A stretch of DNA of 64,000 bases from Prionailurus viverrinus. Lineage: Eukaryota. Under the pieces are notes generated by a model. It ran no database searches and was not told the DNA's origin. It worked only from the letters and a program-made list of their open reading frames with translations. A program made the translations under genes and the position numbers. This document shows, piece by piece, positions 32,398 through 44,655 of this stretch (positions are counted from its first letter, which is position 1; each line of letters opens with the position of its first letter). Where the stretch lies: contig NC_062576.1 in NCBI RefSeq assembly GCF_022837055.1, forward strand, positions 18,350,144-18,414,143, read 5' to 3'.

Positions 32398-32567
32398 CTG
32401 CAGTGCTAGCTGGCAGTCCTCAATCAGGCCCTGTACCAGGTAGTAGCGCGCTTCGCCTAGTAGCTCCCCCAGCTCTCTGGTACTCTCAGGCAGTGGCACG
32501 GACCCATCCCGCAGGTAGTTGAGGATTGTACCAAAGTGACGGCCGCTCCGGTCAATCAGCACCCAAC
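32398..32567 (-). CDS. KCTD13: KCTD13 coding exon 2 (WVLIDRSGRHFGTILNYLRDGSVPLPESTRELGELLGEARYYLVQGLIEDCQLALQ; second half of the BTB/T1 domain).
   Basis: Track ORF 32161..32670(-). The acceptor is ccaccag|GT and the donor CAG|gtgagg. Matches human KCTD13. Confidence 0.9.
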
Positions 32568-33868
32568 CTGGTGGGGTGGAGAGAGGCAGGAGGAAGGCTG
32601 GCTTTGCAGGTGGCTCCGGAGCTACTAAACTTTTATGAAAAACAGATTTTCCCTCTTCGAGTCTGAACACTGATCTGTCTCAGACCGCTGCCATCACCAA
32701 GAACATCCCTTTTAAAAATCTCCAGTGAGTTCTCCCATAGGCCCCTTTTTAACAACATATTGCAGACACAGAGAATTAACTCCCTTCCAAGTCTGTCCCA
32801 TGTTGAAAAAGCTCTCACCGTAAGTTATTACAGATTACCGTATCAACAAACTCTAACCTTTGGTGTTAATTCTGACCATCCTACTTAATTAAAATGTCTA
32901 CCCCATCCTCCAGTTCACTACCATTTTAACGTTTATATTATTCATAGAACTTATTACTATCTGCAATTACATGTATTTTTTGCATGTGTACTTGCTCATT
33001 ATTTTCCTCCTGCTCCCACAAAAAAGTAAAGTCCACAAGACTAATCTTGTTTGATTCATTTACCAAAGTATCTCGGGCACTAACTGGCGCTTTACAAATA
33101 ATTGCTGAATAAATACATTCTTCAATTTCAGATATTTGAAGACTGAACTCCACCTCTGAAATTTTAATTCTCCTGCTCTTACAATCCTCGTTATATCCCT
33201 CTAAATCCCCCCCGCCCCTCACAAAAACTTTAAGGTTCCACCGGGGCATGTGTGTCCAACCCTGAAGGCAACACTCCAAGAACGTAAGGTTCACCTGCCA
33301 AAGAGAACTGTCCACCCTCCATTCTGGTGTCCCTGGCAAACCCAAAGCAGCCCTTTTCTACAATCTGCATTTACAGATGAATCCCTAGAGTGTACAGGGA
33401 CCTGTGTTACAGGAACACGCTAACAGACAACTCCTCCCGGCTGGTGGTTAGCAGTGCTGAGGTAGAGACGCAAACATAAGGCTAAGCAGTTAGAAGGAAC
33501 CTGAAGGTTGCCTGGAAGGGCGCTGCTGGCAGAAGGGCTGGTTCCCAAGTCGTTTGGGCAGAGGAGCAAAGGGTGGGAGAATTGGAGGGAAGTGATAATA
33601 AAAATTCTGAAGTGACATGTTGAATCACAACCGTAGCACCTGTTGCGGGGGGGAAGTGATGTTCCATAAACATTGGTTATTTGCAGGGGGTGAAGGACTG
33701 AGGGAGATTATGGATGAGAAAGGGGAGATAAGACGGGATGTGGGGCTGGAGGGAGGTGAATAAGAGTTGAGTGGACGATAGAGACGAGAGAGGGGGTAGG
33801 AGGAGACTGGGCGAAGAAAGGCAGCCGGGGATCTGGAAGACCACACAGGTGAGGGCGGCGCGGCGTAC

Positions 33869-34112
33869 CTCCCGCATCGGTGAGCACCTCTGCGCGGCCG
33901 CTGAACATGGCCTTGAGCATGGTGTCCTGTCCCGTGAGGGTGCGCAGCGTGGTGTAGTGCAGCGAGCCGCCCACGTTCAGCTTCACGTACTTGCTGTTCG
34001 GGGTCAGCGGTTTCAGACCGTAGGCGGCGGAGCCAGGCTCGAGACCCGAGGGCTTAGGCGCTTCCAGGGACGGGGCCTCGGCCGCCGCCGGGCCCGAGGC
34101 CTCGGCCGACAT
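33869..34112 (-). CDS. KCTD13: KCTD13 coding exon 1 with the ATG ([82 protein letters not shown]; first half of the BTB domain).
   Basis: Track ORF 33708..34112(-). The donor is G|gtacgc. The peptide is nearly identical to the human KCTD13 N-terminus. The six exons total 990 nt, giving 329 aa, the same length as human. Confidence 0.9.
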
Positions 34113-34650
34113 GCCGGGGAGTGGCGGCGGACGGCTATCCTAGGCTCTCTCCGCACCCTCCGGCGGCTCCCAAGTACCCGGAGACCCAAGCCCTCGGGTC
34201 ACACCACCCGGCCCGCGCGACCTCACGCCGCCGCTACTCGGCGGCACTGGCCCTCAGCTCCATCGCGCCGATACCGCCCGGAAGCCGGGGCCGAGCAACT
34301 GCGCAGGCGCCTCAAGGTCCCGCCCCCGACCTCGCGGGCCGGCGGTGCGGAGCATGCGTGCTGGCCTTGGGCCCGGTTGGGAGACAGACAGCGCTCCGCC
34401 TGTGGCGGGGCGGGGCCTTGTGCAAGGTGGGCGCCCCTCCGCGAGCCCGGGACCCTGAGTGTAGGAGGCTTCCCCCCCCCACTACCCTCCCCCCACCCCG
34501 GTCGCGAGTCTGCCGTGGAAAACGAGGTCTCCTCCGCGTCGTTGGGTCTCTGCCCTCAGAGCGCTTCGTGGGCGTGAAGGGCAAGGTTTCCCGCCTCCCA
34601 TCGCCGCGTTTTTGACAAACTGAGAAGAGCTGCGAACAAAGCACCAAGGG
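34113..34650 (-). promoter_or_regulatory. KCTD13: KCTD13 5'UTR and CpG-island promoter.
   Basis: Very GC- and CpG-rich, with GC boxes (ggcggggcgggg near 34405, ccgcccccg near 34320). It lies immediately upstream, in the minus sense, of the KCTD13 ATG. Confidence 0.65.
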
Positions 34651-36396
34651 AGACTCTTACAAGAGACTGCTGTGAGGTGGCCTTCTAGAGGAGGTGACAG
34701 GAGTGCTAGGGCATGCAGGGTGTGAGTAGGTAAGGTCTAGAGGGAGCGCGTCCCTGAGGAGGTGATGCGGGGCCGAAGCAGAGAAGACGCGGCCACGTGG
34801 AGGTGTGAGGGACAAGAGTTCCGGGCTGTGGGAAGGGCACAAACACAGACTCCAGGCCAGAACGCGCTTGGTGGTTTTGAGGAGGAGAATGAATGTCAAG
34901 GGTGGCTGCCGCAGCCAGGCTAGGGTCTCAGAATCCCGGCTGATGTCACGAGACAGCCAATCCTGAAAGAAAGAAGGAATAAGATCGGAACACCTTGTTG
35001 ACAAGAGCGTGTGTTTTATCTGACTGAATCTACTTTCCTTCTAGAAGCTGCTACTTCAGAGATTTAATAATGGGCCTTTAATGTCTAGCAGGGAAAAACG
35101 GAGTTGTAGTTTCCACCATGCTCCCAGTTCACGGAGTGATCCTAGGCAAGCCACCTCTCTCTGGGCTTGGTTCCTTTTTTGCTTAGCGAGGGGTGCAGAT
35201 TTCAGTGCCCGGGGACGGGAGTGTAAATGAGTGGGGTGGGCCATTGTAAGGCACTGGGGAGTAATGGGGCCTGGGGTGACCCAGAGAGTTCATGTTTTAC
35301 CAGAAGGGATTGTCGATTGTGATTTTACAAGTGTAGCTGGTGAAAAAGAGAAAAGCAGCCCATCACAGCTGAGAGCTGGTGGGCACTCTCCCTCTAGAAG
35401 CCTTGGTATTGCCAGGAGCTGGCCTAGCACTGTCAGCCGGGCTATGGTGTTGTCCTTTTGAGCGTAAACAATTTCACAGAACTCCCAACATCAGACAAAG
35501 GCAGTCTCTGATGGATTGAGAGAAAGACCGTTTCATAATCATGTCTGCACACAAAAACAAGAACATTGTCCCAACCACAAAAATGACCAAACATAACTCT
35601 TTCTCCCCCCCAGTTTGAGTGACTGCCTTTTTATTTTTTTACCAAGTACGGCTTTAATCCTTGATCCGTTCCTCCTAAATTCTAGATAAGAATTATTAAG
35701 ATAACCAAAAAGAATTATCCCTACCTCCTGACAACTTCCAACCTAGTGCAAATCTCCCGTTTCTCAAACCCTCCTTGAAAATCATCCGACACAAGCCTAA
35801 ATCCTATAATAAATAAGTCCTTCCTAACACACGCTTGCTGAGATGTCCATGATGGGGTTCCCCATGGTGTGCCATCGCCCGTTTAACTACAGGTGTGTTC
35901 CCGTTGATCTTTGGCTGGAGGGCATTGTCAGAAATGGGGAATCCACAGAGATTCAGCTAAAGCCCTTACCACCGTGGACTGGAACCCTCCACTCTAGTAA
36001 TAATGTACACATCTGAGATCCCTTGTGTCTCGGAGGTGCCATCCTGTCCATGACCAGGAGCCAAGTTCTCACTATATTGAGCTCTAATATTTTGTTAAGA
36101 CCCTTATGTGTTAGGATTATTTTGGTTTTCTTGGTATAATGTCCCCGTTGGTTTTTTGGTTATCCAATTAGATTTTTATTTTTCCTTGGTAAAATTGTTT
36201 TCGGGCTTTTTATACCTGCTATTATGGTCTGACCTCCTGTCTAGTGTTTTGAATGCCATTTGTCTATAACAGGAAACGTTTCTAGGGAAAGGACAGGTAC
36301 ACAGTGCTGGATGTCTAAGGTCATCACAGACCTGTTACTGCTCAAACTCTAATGATTGAATGTCACTTGTCCCTTTAAGAAGCTGGAGATTGTTTC

Positions 36397-36725
36397 AGAT
36401 TCTGTGTCTCCCTCTCTCTGACCCTCCCCTGTTCATGCTCTGTCTCTCCCTGTCTCAAAAATAAATAAAAAACGTTAAAAAATTTAAAAAAAAAAAAGGG
36501 GGGGGCGCCTGGGTGGCTCAGTCAGTTGAGCGGCCGACTTCGGCTCAGGTCATGATCTCGCGGTCCGTGAGTTCGAGCCCCGCGTCGGGCTCTGTGCTGA
36601 CAGCTCAGAGCCTGGAGCCTGTTTCAGATTCTGTGTCTCCCTCTCTCTGACCCTCCCCTGTTCATGCTCTGTCTCTCCCTGTCTCAAAAATAAATTAAAA
36701 ACGTTAAAAAAATTAAAAAAAAAAA
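36397..36725 (+). mobile_element. CAN-SINE (full copy 36497-36725) preceded by a duplicated copy of its own 3' half (36397-36495).
   Basis: The string tgtttcagattctgtgtctccctctctctgaccctcccctgttcatgctctgtctctccctgtctcaaaaataaat occurs twice in direct orientation, at 36397-36470 and 36612-36690. Confidence 0.85.
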
Positions 36726-37311
36726 GCTGGAGATGCCAACCACTCAGGGGTCATATAACTAGTTAGCATGCTGGAGTGTCATTTATTACGAGGATAAACC
36801 AGACAAATCACTCTATCAACCAATGCCCAATAAGTCTGTGCTATAACGAGTCTCAGAGGCTATGAAATTCAAAAGGTATCCTCAGACCAGTGTCTTTTGG
36901 ATAAACTTTGCAGCGGATTGCCATTTTAAATTGCTATAAGGTCTTCTTCCTCAGTTTTGTTTGTGTCCCTGCAAACTTCTTTGTTTCATTTCTTCTGACC
37001 AGAATCAGGACATTTTCTCTGGTCCCTGTCAATGAAAATTGGCCTTTGGCAAAGTTCTGCAGATGCAAGGTTGCACAGCATCCTTATGGATCCTTGTCTC
37101 AACTAAGATTGGGCCAAATACCTGCTTCCTTCTCACAATTATACTAACTTGTACCCTTATCTCTCTGACACAGTCTCACTAGGGACAATTTAGAATTGCA
37201 GTGGCCCCTAACAAGATTATTTATTTGAGAGGTACCTTAGAACAAAAAAAGGAAGAAAGTCTCCTGAGGAGATTATTTGTCTTATTTGTCAAAAGGAGAG
37301 ATTATTTTATG

Positions 37312-37436
37312 GGGTGCCTGGCTGGCTCAGTTAGTAGAGTGTGCAACTCTTGACCTCAAGATTGTGCGTTCAAGCTCCGTATTGGATGTGGAGCCTACCT
37401 AAGAAAGAGAGAGACAGAGAGAGAGAGAGAGAGAGG
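37312..37436 (+). mobile_element. Partial CAN-SINE (other subfamily) with a (GA)n tail.
   Basis: ggggtgcctggctggctcagttagtagagtgtgcaactcttgacctcaagattgtgcgttcaagctccgtattggatgtggagcctacctaagaaagagagagacagagagagag. Confidence 0.75.
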
Positions 37437-37568
37437 TTATTTTGTTTAACATAGGTGATTATTTCATTTCCATACTTTGGAGATTAATAAATGCTGACTT
37501 TTTAATTGTATAGCTGTATTACATTGCCAAGTGCCTCATTTATTTTTTTTTAAATAGGCTGGAATATC

Positions 37569-37570
<2 letters not shown>

Positions 37571-37604
<34 letters not shown>
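37571..37604 (+). repeat. (TG)n microsatellite.
   Basis: tgtgtgtgtg... run. Confidence 0.95.
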
Positions 37605-37607
<3 letters not shown>

Positions 37608-38156
37608 CAAAATGTGTTTTTTGTTTTTTTTAACATTTAAACTGTTTTCCTTCTCCTTGCAGGAAAAACATGAATTAGCTTTTAGAGTGATAGTTTTATA
37701 GCCTTAAGTAGCTACCTCTGACTTTTTTTTGCTGTCCATTTTCTTCTCTTGGAAAACTTTAGGGAATTATTCTGTTGAATGTGTGCACTCTAGAAATATC
37801 TAATCTAGTTAAACAAACATGTCTAAACTAATTGTTAAACTATATATGATTTCCTCAGTGTGCACTGAAAAGTATATTTATGTAATAGGCTTTGTTATTA
37901 TAGTACAAGATAAGAAAAGGCCTCAGTTCAAAGATAAATGAAGAGCTTTTGGCATAATCCAATGTCTTTAAATTTAAATTTGCCATGTAAAAATAATACC
38001 AGTACGATATTTTGGTTTGTATAAGATCAGTGTCAGTCTTCTTGTGATTTAAACCTTCTTATATTTTATATTGATTTTAAAAGTTAAGTAAATTATCATA
38101 GTTTTCAGATACTATTTTCCTTAAAATATTTTTCTTTTAAAAATAGTCACCATGTT

Positions 38157-38365
38157 GGGGTGCCTGAATGGTTCAGTCAGTTGAGTGTCTGGCTCTTGAT
38201 TTTGGCTCAGGTCATGATCCCAGGATCATGGGATCGAGGTCCACATCTGGCTCTGTGCTCAGCATGCAACCTGCTTAAGATTCTGTCTCTCTGCCTCTGC
38301 CCCTCTCCTCCACTCTCTCTCTCTCTCTCTCTCTCCCTCCCTCCCTCCCTCAAATAAAAATAAAA
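38157..38365 (+). mobile_element. CAN-SINE with a (CT)n/(CCCT)n tail.
   Basis: ggggtgcctgaatggttcagtcagttgagtgtctggctcttgattttggctcaggtcatgatcccaggatcatgggatcgaggtccacatctggctctgtgctcagcatg... Confidence 0.85.
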
Positions 38366-38399
38366 TAGTCACCATGCTGTACATTACATCCCCAGAACT

Positions 38400-39215
38400 T
38401 ATCATATAATTGGAAGTTTGTACCTCTTGACCATCTTCATTCATTTCCCTTACCCCAACCCCTGCCTCTTTCAATCACCAATCTGTTCTCTGTCTCTATT
38501 AGTTTTGTTTGTTGTTGTTGTTGTTGTTTAGATTCCACATATAAGTGAAATATTATGGTGTTTCTCTTTCTTTATTTCACTTAGCATAGTGCCTTCAAGT
38601 TCCATCGATGCTGTCACAAATAGCAGAATTTCTTGCCTTTTTATGGCTGAATAGTATTCCATCGAATATACATATCAATCACATCCTCTTTATCCATTCA
38701 TCTATCAGTGGACACTTGGATTGTTTCCATATCTTGGCTATTGTAAATAACCCCTTGGCTTCAATAAACATAGGGATGCATATGTCTTTTTGAATTAGTA
38801 TTTTCATTTTCTTTGGGTAAATACCCAGTAGTGGAATTACTAGATCATATGGTATTTCTAGTTTTAACTTTTTGAGGAGCCTCCACACTGTTTTCCACAG
38901 TGGTTGCACCAATTTACATTCCCAATGACTGTGCACGAGGGTTCCCTCTTTTCCACATCCTTGCCAACCCTTGTTTTTTCTTGTCTTTTTGATATTAGCC
39001 ATTCTCACTAGTGTGGTGTGATATCTCCTTGTGGTTTTGACTTGCATTTCCCTGATAATTAGTGATGCTGAGAATCTTTTCATGTATCTGTTGGCTATCT
39101 GTATGTCTTCTTCGGAAAAATGTCTATTCAGGTCCTCTTCCCATTTTAAAGTCAGATTTTTTTTGGTGTTGTATAAGTTCTTTATATATTTCAGGTAAAA
39201 ATATCATTATTGGAG
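38400..39215 (-). mobile_element. LINE-1 3' fragment (ORF2 C-terminus plus 3'UTR), minus orientation.
   Basis: Track ORF 38679..39083(-) translates to L1 ORF2 (…IREMQVKTTRRYH…[48 protein letters not shown]…KQSKCPLIDEWIKRM). Confidence 0.9.
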
Positions 39216-39218
39216 TTT

Positions 39219-39425
39219 TTTTTAATGTTTATTTATTTTTGAGAGATAGAGAGAGAGAGAGAGCGGGGGAGAGGTAGAGAGAGAGGGAGGCACAGAATCC
39301 AAAACAGGCTCCAGGCTCTGAGCTGTCAGCAACAGAGCCCAACGTGGGGCTTGAACTTATGAACCGTTGAGATCATGACCTGAACCAAAGTCGAACACTT
39401 AACTGACTGAGCCACCCAGACACCC
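39219..39425 (-). mobile_element. CAN-SINE.
   Basis: tttatttatttttgagagatagagagag...gtgtcgaacacttaactgactgagccacccagacaccc. Confidence 0.85.
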
Positions 39426-39689
39426 TAATCCCATCATTGGATAGTCATTTACAAATATCTTCTTGCATTTAGTAGGTTGCCTTTTTGTTTTGTTGATAGC
39501 TTCCTTTGCTGTGCTAAAACTTTTTATTTTAGTGTAGTCTCAATAGTTGATTTTTGCTTTTGTTTTCCTTGCTTGAGAAAACATATCTAGGAAAATGTTG
39601 TTAAGGCTGGTGTCCAAGAGGTTACTGCTTTTATGTGTTCTTTAAGAAGTTTTATTATTTCAGGTTTCATATTTAAGTCTTTTTTTAAA

Positions 39690-39903
39690 AATTATTTTAC
39701 GTTTATTTATTTTTGAGAGACAGAGAGAGATAGAGCACAAGTGGGAGAGGGGCAGAAAGAGAAGGAGACACAGAATCCAAAGCAGGCTCCAGGCTCTGAG
39801 GTGTCAGCACAGAGCCCGACGCGGGGCTCGAACTCACAAACTGAGAGATCATGACCTGAGCCGAAGTCAGACGCTCAACTGACTGAGCCACCCAGGCGCC
39901 CCT
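39690..39903 (-). mobile_element. CAN-SINE (young-looking, CpGs retained).
   Basis: ...cagcacagagcccgacgcggggctcgaactcacaaactgagagatcatgacctgagccgaagtcagacgctcaactgactgagccacccaggcgcccc. Confidence 0.88.
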
Positions 39904-40295
39904 CACATTTAAGTCTTTAATCCATTTTGAGTTTATTTTTGTGTTTGGTGTAAGAAAGTGATCCAGTTTTGCATGCAGTTGTCCTGTTTTCCCAGGATAA
40001 ACTGTTGATTGATGAGACTGTCTTTTCCCTATCGTGTATTCTTGCCTCCTTTGTTGTAGATTAATTGACCATATAAGTGTGGGTTTATTACTAGGGTCTT
40101 TTCTGTTCTGTTGATTTATATGTCTATTTTTTGTGCAAGTACCATACTGTTTTGATTACTATAACTTCGTAGGATAACTTGAAATCAGGAATTGTGATAC
40201 CTCCCACTTTGTTCTTCAGGATTGCTTTGGCTACTTGGAGTCTGTTGTAACACCATAAAAATTTGGGGATTATTAACTCTTGGTACTTTTTTTTT

Positions 40296-40478
40296 TTAAG
40301 TTTATCTATTTATTTTTTGGGGGGAAGGGCAGAGAGGGAGAGAGAGAGAATGTCAAGAAGGCTTAGTACTGTCAGTACAGAGCCTGACACAGGGCTAAAT
40401 CTCACGAACCATGAGATCATGACCTGAGCTGAAATCAAGAGTCAGATGCTCAAACCAACTGAGTCACCCAGGCACCAA
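40296..40478 (-). mobile_element. CAN-SINE (diverged).
   Basis: ...gtcagtacagagcctgacacagggctaaatctcacgaaccatgagatcatgacctgagctgaaatcaagagtcagatgctcaaaccaactgagtcacccaggcacc. Confidence 0.8.
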
Positions 40479-40899
40479 ATATCTCTTTTCTTTAGATATT
40501 TGTTTCCTGTATATTGTTTCCTCTACAACTATTCTTGATTTTTCCTTTCCTAGATTCAGTCCTCAAAATTAGACTAATAACACTATTAGGATATTTTTTA
40601 TGCCTAAATTAGCTTCGATTTTCTAAAAAAGCCATTAGGTAACACAGAGATCTTCTCCTTTACTTTATAAAATGAAGAACAATAGGAATCATTAGGTTTA
40701 CCAGGAATTCTCCAAACTCCTCTAAATTCTCCTATTAGTTTGAATTCATTAAATAAGAACTCTTTTGTCTTCTATACTCATAATTAAAAAATAATAAACC
40801 AAAGAGTTTTCTTCCTAAGTTATTTACACGTGACTAAAGTGTAGGTTAATGTAAATATCTGTCAATGATTATATGCTTTTTAGTAAAAAAAAAAATAAT

Positions 40900-41118
40900 C
40901 ATTTTTTTAAGTTTTTATTTATTTAAGGGGGGAGAGAGAAAGAGAGAGTACAAGTGGGGGATAGGCAGAGAGAGAGAGAGAGGGAGAGGGAGAGAGAATC
41001 CCAAGCAGGCTCCACACTACCAGTGCAGAGCCCAATGTGGGACTCGAACTCACAAACTGCGAGATCATGACCTGAGCTGAAGTCGGACTCTTAACCAACT
41101 GAGCCACCCAGGCACCCC
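40900..41118 (-). mobile_element. CAN-SINE.
   Basis: ...ccagtgcagagcccaatgtgggactcgaactcacaaactgcgagatcatgacctgagctgaagtcggactcttaaccaactgagccacccaggcacccc. Confidence 0.85.
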
Positions 41119-41239
41119 AAGCATAATCATTTTTAAGCACAAAAATTGGTGTGATAACTATCTACAAAAAGATCAGTTTCCAAGATTTTAGTGTCACAAG
41201 CATCTTTCCTTTATCTTCATGAAAAGTCTGAACAAGGGG

Positions 41240-41465
41240 CTCCTGGTTGGCTCAGTGGGTTAAGCGTCTGACTTCGGCTCAGGTCATGATCTCACAGTTC
41301 ATGGGTTCGAGCCCCGCGTCGGGCTCTGTGCTGACAGCTTGGAACCTGGAGCCTGCTTCGGATTCTGTGTCTCCTTCTCTCTCTGCCCCCCCCCCCCCCC
41401 CCCCGCTCATGCTGTCTCTCTTTGTCTCTCAAAAATAAATAAATGTAAAAAAAATTTTTTTAATA
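41240..41465 (+). mobile_element. CAN-SINE with an internal poly-C (C22) tract.
   Basis: ggggctcctggttggctcagtgggttaagcgtctgacttcggctcaggtcatgatctcacagttcatgggttcgagccccgcgtcgggctctgtgctgacagc...ctgcccccccccccccccccccccgctcatgc. Confidence 0.88.
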
Positions 41466-42354
41466 ATAAAAAAAAAGTCTGAACAAGGATTAGGAGTACT
41501 GGTCAACTTTCAGATGGGGGTCATCAGAGGCCTACTGCTTATTTCAGTTTTTCATTAGATCCAATAGCCACGGCATACCTACCTTGTCTAAGAGCTATAG
41601 AAACAACAGCAGAATGCATACAACTTTCCATTGATTTATCTCCGCTAACTATGGTTCCCCATTCTAAAGACTCTTCTACTGACAGAAAACACTCAACACT
41701 TCTCAGCTGGTGGCCTATCTCCCTATGAAATACTATTATTTTCCCTTTACGTGTCATTGTCCGTCACTGCAACCCTGTAAATCAGACACCCTCCTTTTCT
41801 TACATGGAGGAGGAGAAGCCCATGGTTGTTTTCTCTCTCAGGGAACTCACAAATCCTGGAAAGACCGTCTAGAGATTCCCTTGTACCCCTGCTTTAATTG
41901 CGTTTGTTGATTAATCTTACTTTAAAAAGATAAATACCAATACCAGACATAATGGAGCTTAATGAGGAAAGACTGAAAGCTTTTCCTCTAAGATCAGAAA
42001 AATAATGAGAATGCCTACTATTGCCATTTGTATTTAACATAGTACTGGAAGTCCTAGCCACAGCAGTTAGGCAAGAGAAAAATTAAAGTCATCCAAACTG
42101 AATAAAAATGTCATCCAAATTGGAAAGAAGAAGTAAATTTTTCTTTATTCAAGGATGACATGATCTTATACGTAGAAAGCCCTAAAGATTCCACAAAAAA
42201 CCCACTAGAGCCAATAAAGGAATTTTAACAAAGTGTGCAATACAAAATTGACACTCAAAAATCAGTTGTTTCTACATACTAACAATGACCAATCTGAGAA
42301 TGAAATTAAGAAAACAATTCCATTTACAATAGCATCAAAAATAATAAAATACTG

Positions 42355-42550
42355 GAGCACCTGGGTGGCTCAGTCATTAACCATCTGACTTTGGCTCAGG
42401 TCATGATTTCACTGTTCGTGAGTTCGAGCCCTGCATCAGGCTCTGGGATGGCAGCTTGGAGCCTGGAGTCTGCTTCTGTCTCTGTCTCTCTACCCCTCCT
42501 CTGCTTGCTCTCTCTCTCTCTTTCTCTCTCAAATGTAAAATAAAACATAA
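42355..42550 (+). mobile_element. CAN-SINE.
   Basis: ggagcacctgggtggctcagtcattaaccatctgactttggctcaggtcatgatttcactgttcgtgagttcgagccctgcatcaggctctggg... Confidence 0.85.
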
Positions 42551-42589
42551 AACAAATTTTTAGTAATGAAATACTGAGGAATAAGCTTC

Positions 42590-44170
42590 ACCAAGTAGAC
42601 AAAGTGCTTGTACACTGAAAACTATAAAATGTTGCTGAAAGAGCTTATGGAAGAACCAAATAAATCAAAAGAAATCCAAGTTTATGAGTTGGAAGACTTA
42701 ATATTGTTAAGATGTCAATACCACCCAAATTCATCTACAGATATGTGCAGTCCCCTATCAAAAGCCCAATAGTGATTTTTGCAGAAATAGGACAATCCAT
42801 CCTAAAATTCATATGGAATCCCAATGGACCCTGAATAGCCAAAATTGTTTTGAAAAGTAACAAAATTGGAGATCTCACAGTTACTGATTTCAAAATGTAC
42901 CACAAAGCTATAGCAATTAGAACAGTGGGGCACTGACATAAGGATAGATATATAGACCAATGGAATAAAATAGACAGTCCAGAAATAAACTCTCAAACAT
43001 ATGGTTAAATGATTTTCAGCAAGGATACCAACATCATTCAATGGGGAAAAGCTAGTCTTTTCAACAAATGGTTGAGAAAACTGGATATCCACATGCAAAA
43101 GAATGAAGTCGAGCCTTTATCTTACACCATATACAAAAATTAATTCAAAATGCATTTAGAACTAAATGTAAGACCTGAAATTATACTCTTAGAAGAAAAC
43201 ATAGGGGAAAAGCTTCATGATGTTGGATTTGGCAATGTTTTTTTAAATAAGACACCAAAATCACAGACAAAAAAAAAAAAAAAAGAAGAAGAAAATAGAT
43301 AAACGGGAACTACATAAAAATTTAAAATTCTGCGTATCAAAGGACACAATCAACAGAGTGAAGAGGGAACCTGTGGAATGAGAGGAAATATTTGCCAATC
43401 CAGTATCTGCTAAAGACTTAATATCAGGAACACGTAAAGAACTCCTACAATTCAACAACAGCAACAACAAAAAAATTAACCTGACTAAAAAATGGGCAAA
43501 GCACTTGAATAGATATTTTTCCAAAGAACATATACAAATGACCAAAAACACATGAAAAGATGGTCAACATTACTAATCATTAGGGGAATGCAAATCAAAA
43601 CCACAGTTAGTTACCACTTCATATCTACCATATGATCCAGCAATTCCACTTCTGGATATATACCCAAAAGAACTGAAAGCAGAGTATCAAAGAGATATTT
43701 GTACACCCATATGTATACAGCATATTCACAAGAGCCAAAAAGTAGAAAAAACCCAAGGGCCCATCAACAGATGAATGAATAGACCAAATATGGTATCTGC
43801 ATACAATGAAATATTATTTAGCCTTAAAAAGGAAGGAAATTCTGACATATGCTCTAATATGGTGAACCTTGAAGACATTATGCTAAGTGAAATAAGCCAG
43901 TCACAAAAAGACAAATACTGTATGATTCCACTGATATGAGGTACTAGAGTAGTCAAATTCATAGAGACAGAAAGTAGAATGGTGGTTGCCAGGGCTTGGG
44001 GAAAAGGGGAAGGGGAGTCATTATTTAACGAGAACAGAGTTTCAGTTTTGCAAGATGAAAAAAGTTCTGGAGATGGATGGTTGTGATGGTTGCACAATGT
44101 GAATGTACTCTTAAAATGTACCTTAAAAATGTACTGAACTGTACAGCTAAAAATGGCTAAGATGCTAAGC
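42590..44170 (+). mobile_element. Degraded LINE-1 fragment (ORF2 C-terminal region and 3'UTR), plus orientation.
   Basis: Sense-strand L1 ORF2 motifs include tggtatctgcatacaatgaaatattatttagccttaaaaaggaaggaaattctgacatatg and ...attaggggaatgcaaatcaaaaccacagttagttaccacttc. The minus-strand track ORFs here are antisense noise. Confidence 0.8.
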
Positions 44171-44239
44171 CATAAAATGAGATTTACTTTATGTGTATTT
44201 TACCACAACTAACAATTTAGAAAAGAGAGAAATATATGA

Positions 44240-44359
44240 GACACCTGGGTGGCTCAGTCGGTTGGGCATTGGTTGGTTTTGGCTCAGGTCATGATCTCAC
44301 AGTTTGTGGGTTTGAGCTCCCTACTGGGTTAGGCGCTGGTGGTGCGGAGCCTGCTTGGG

Positions 44360-44415
<56 letters not shown>

Positions 44416-44475
44416 TCCCCAGCTTGTGCTCTCTTGCTCTCTGTCATGATAAAGAAATAAACTTAAAATTTTTAA
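44240..44475 (+). mobile_element. CAN-SINE with a (CT)27 tail microsatellite (44357-44411).
   Basis: gagacacctgggtggctcagtcggttgggcattggttggttttggctcaggtcatgatctcacagtttgtgggtttgagctccc...ctctctctct... Confidence 0.85.
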
Positions 44476-44655
44476 AAGATTTATTCGTTTTCGAGAGACA
44501 AAGTGTGAGTGGGGGAGGGGCAGACAGCGAGGAAGACACAGAATCTCAAGCAGGCTCCAGGCTTTGAGCTGTCAGTACAGAGCCCAACACAGGGCTGTGA
44601 GATCATGACCTGAGCCGAAGTTGCACACTCAACCAATGAGCCACCCAGGTGCCCC
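44468..44655 (-). mobile_element. CAN-SINE (internally deleted).
   Basis: ...caggctccaggctttgagctgtcagtacagagcccaacacagggctgtgagatcatgacctgagccgaagttgcacactcaaccaatgagccacccaggtgcccc. Confidence 0.82.

Noticed and set aside
32938-33345. ORF 32938..33345(-) of 135 aa and ORF 26897..27235(-) of 112 aa in KCTD13 introns.
   Set aside because: They have no splice-consistent context, no domain-like sequence, and AT-rich codon usage unlike the flanking real exons. They are most likely random intronic ORFs.
33771-34647. ORFs 33771..34577(+) of 268 aa and 34121..34615(+) of 164 aa (Arg/Ala/Pro-rich).
   Set aside because: They run antisense through KCTD13 exon 1 and its CpG-island promoter. This is a typical GC-rich open-frame artefact with no homology signal.
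44357-44411. Regularly spaced short repeats that could look like CRISPR-like arrays, such as the (CT)n, (GA)n, (AC)n and (GGGA)n runs.
   Set aside because: These are simple microsatellites with units of 2-4 bp and no unique spacers. Most are tails of SINEs.
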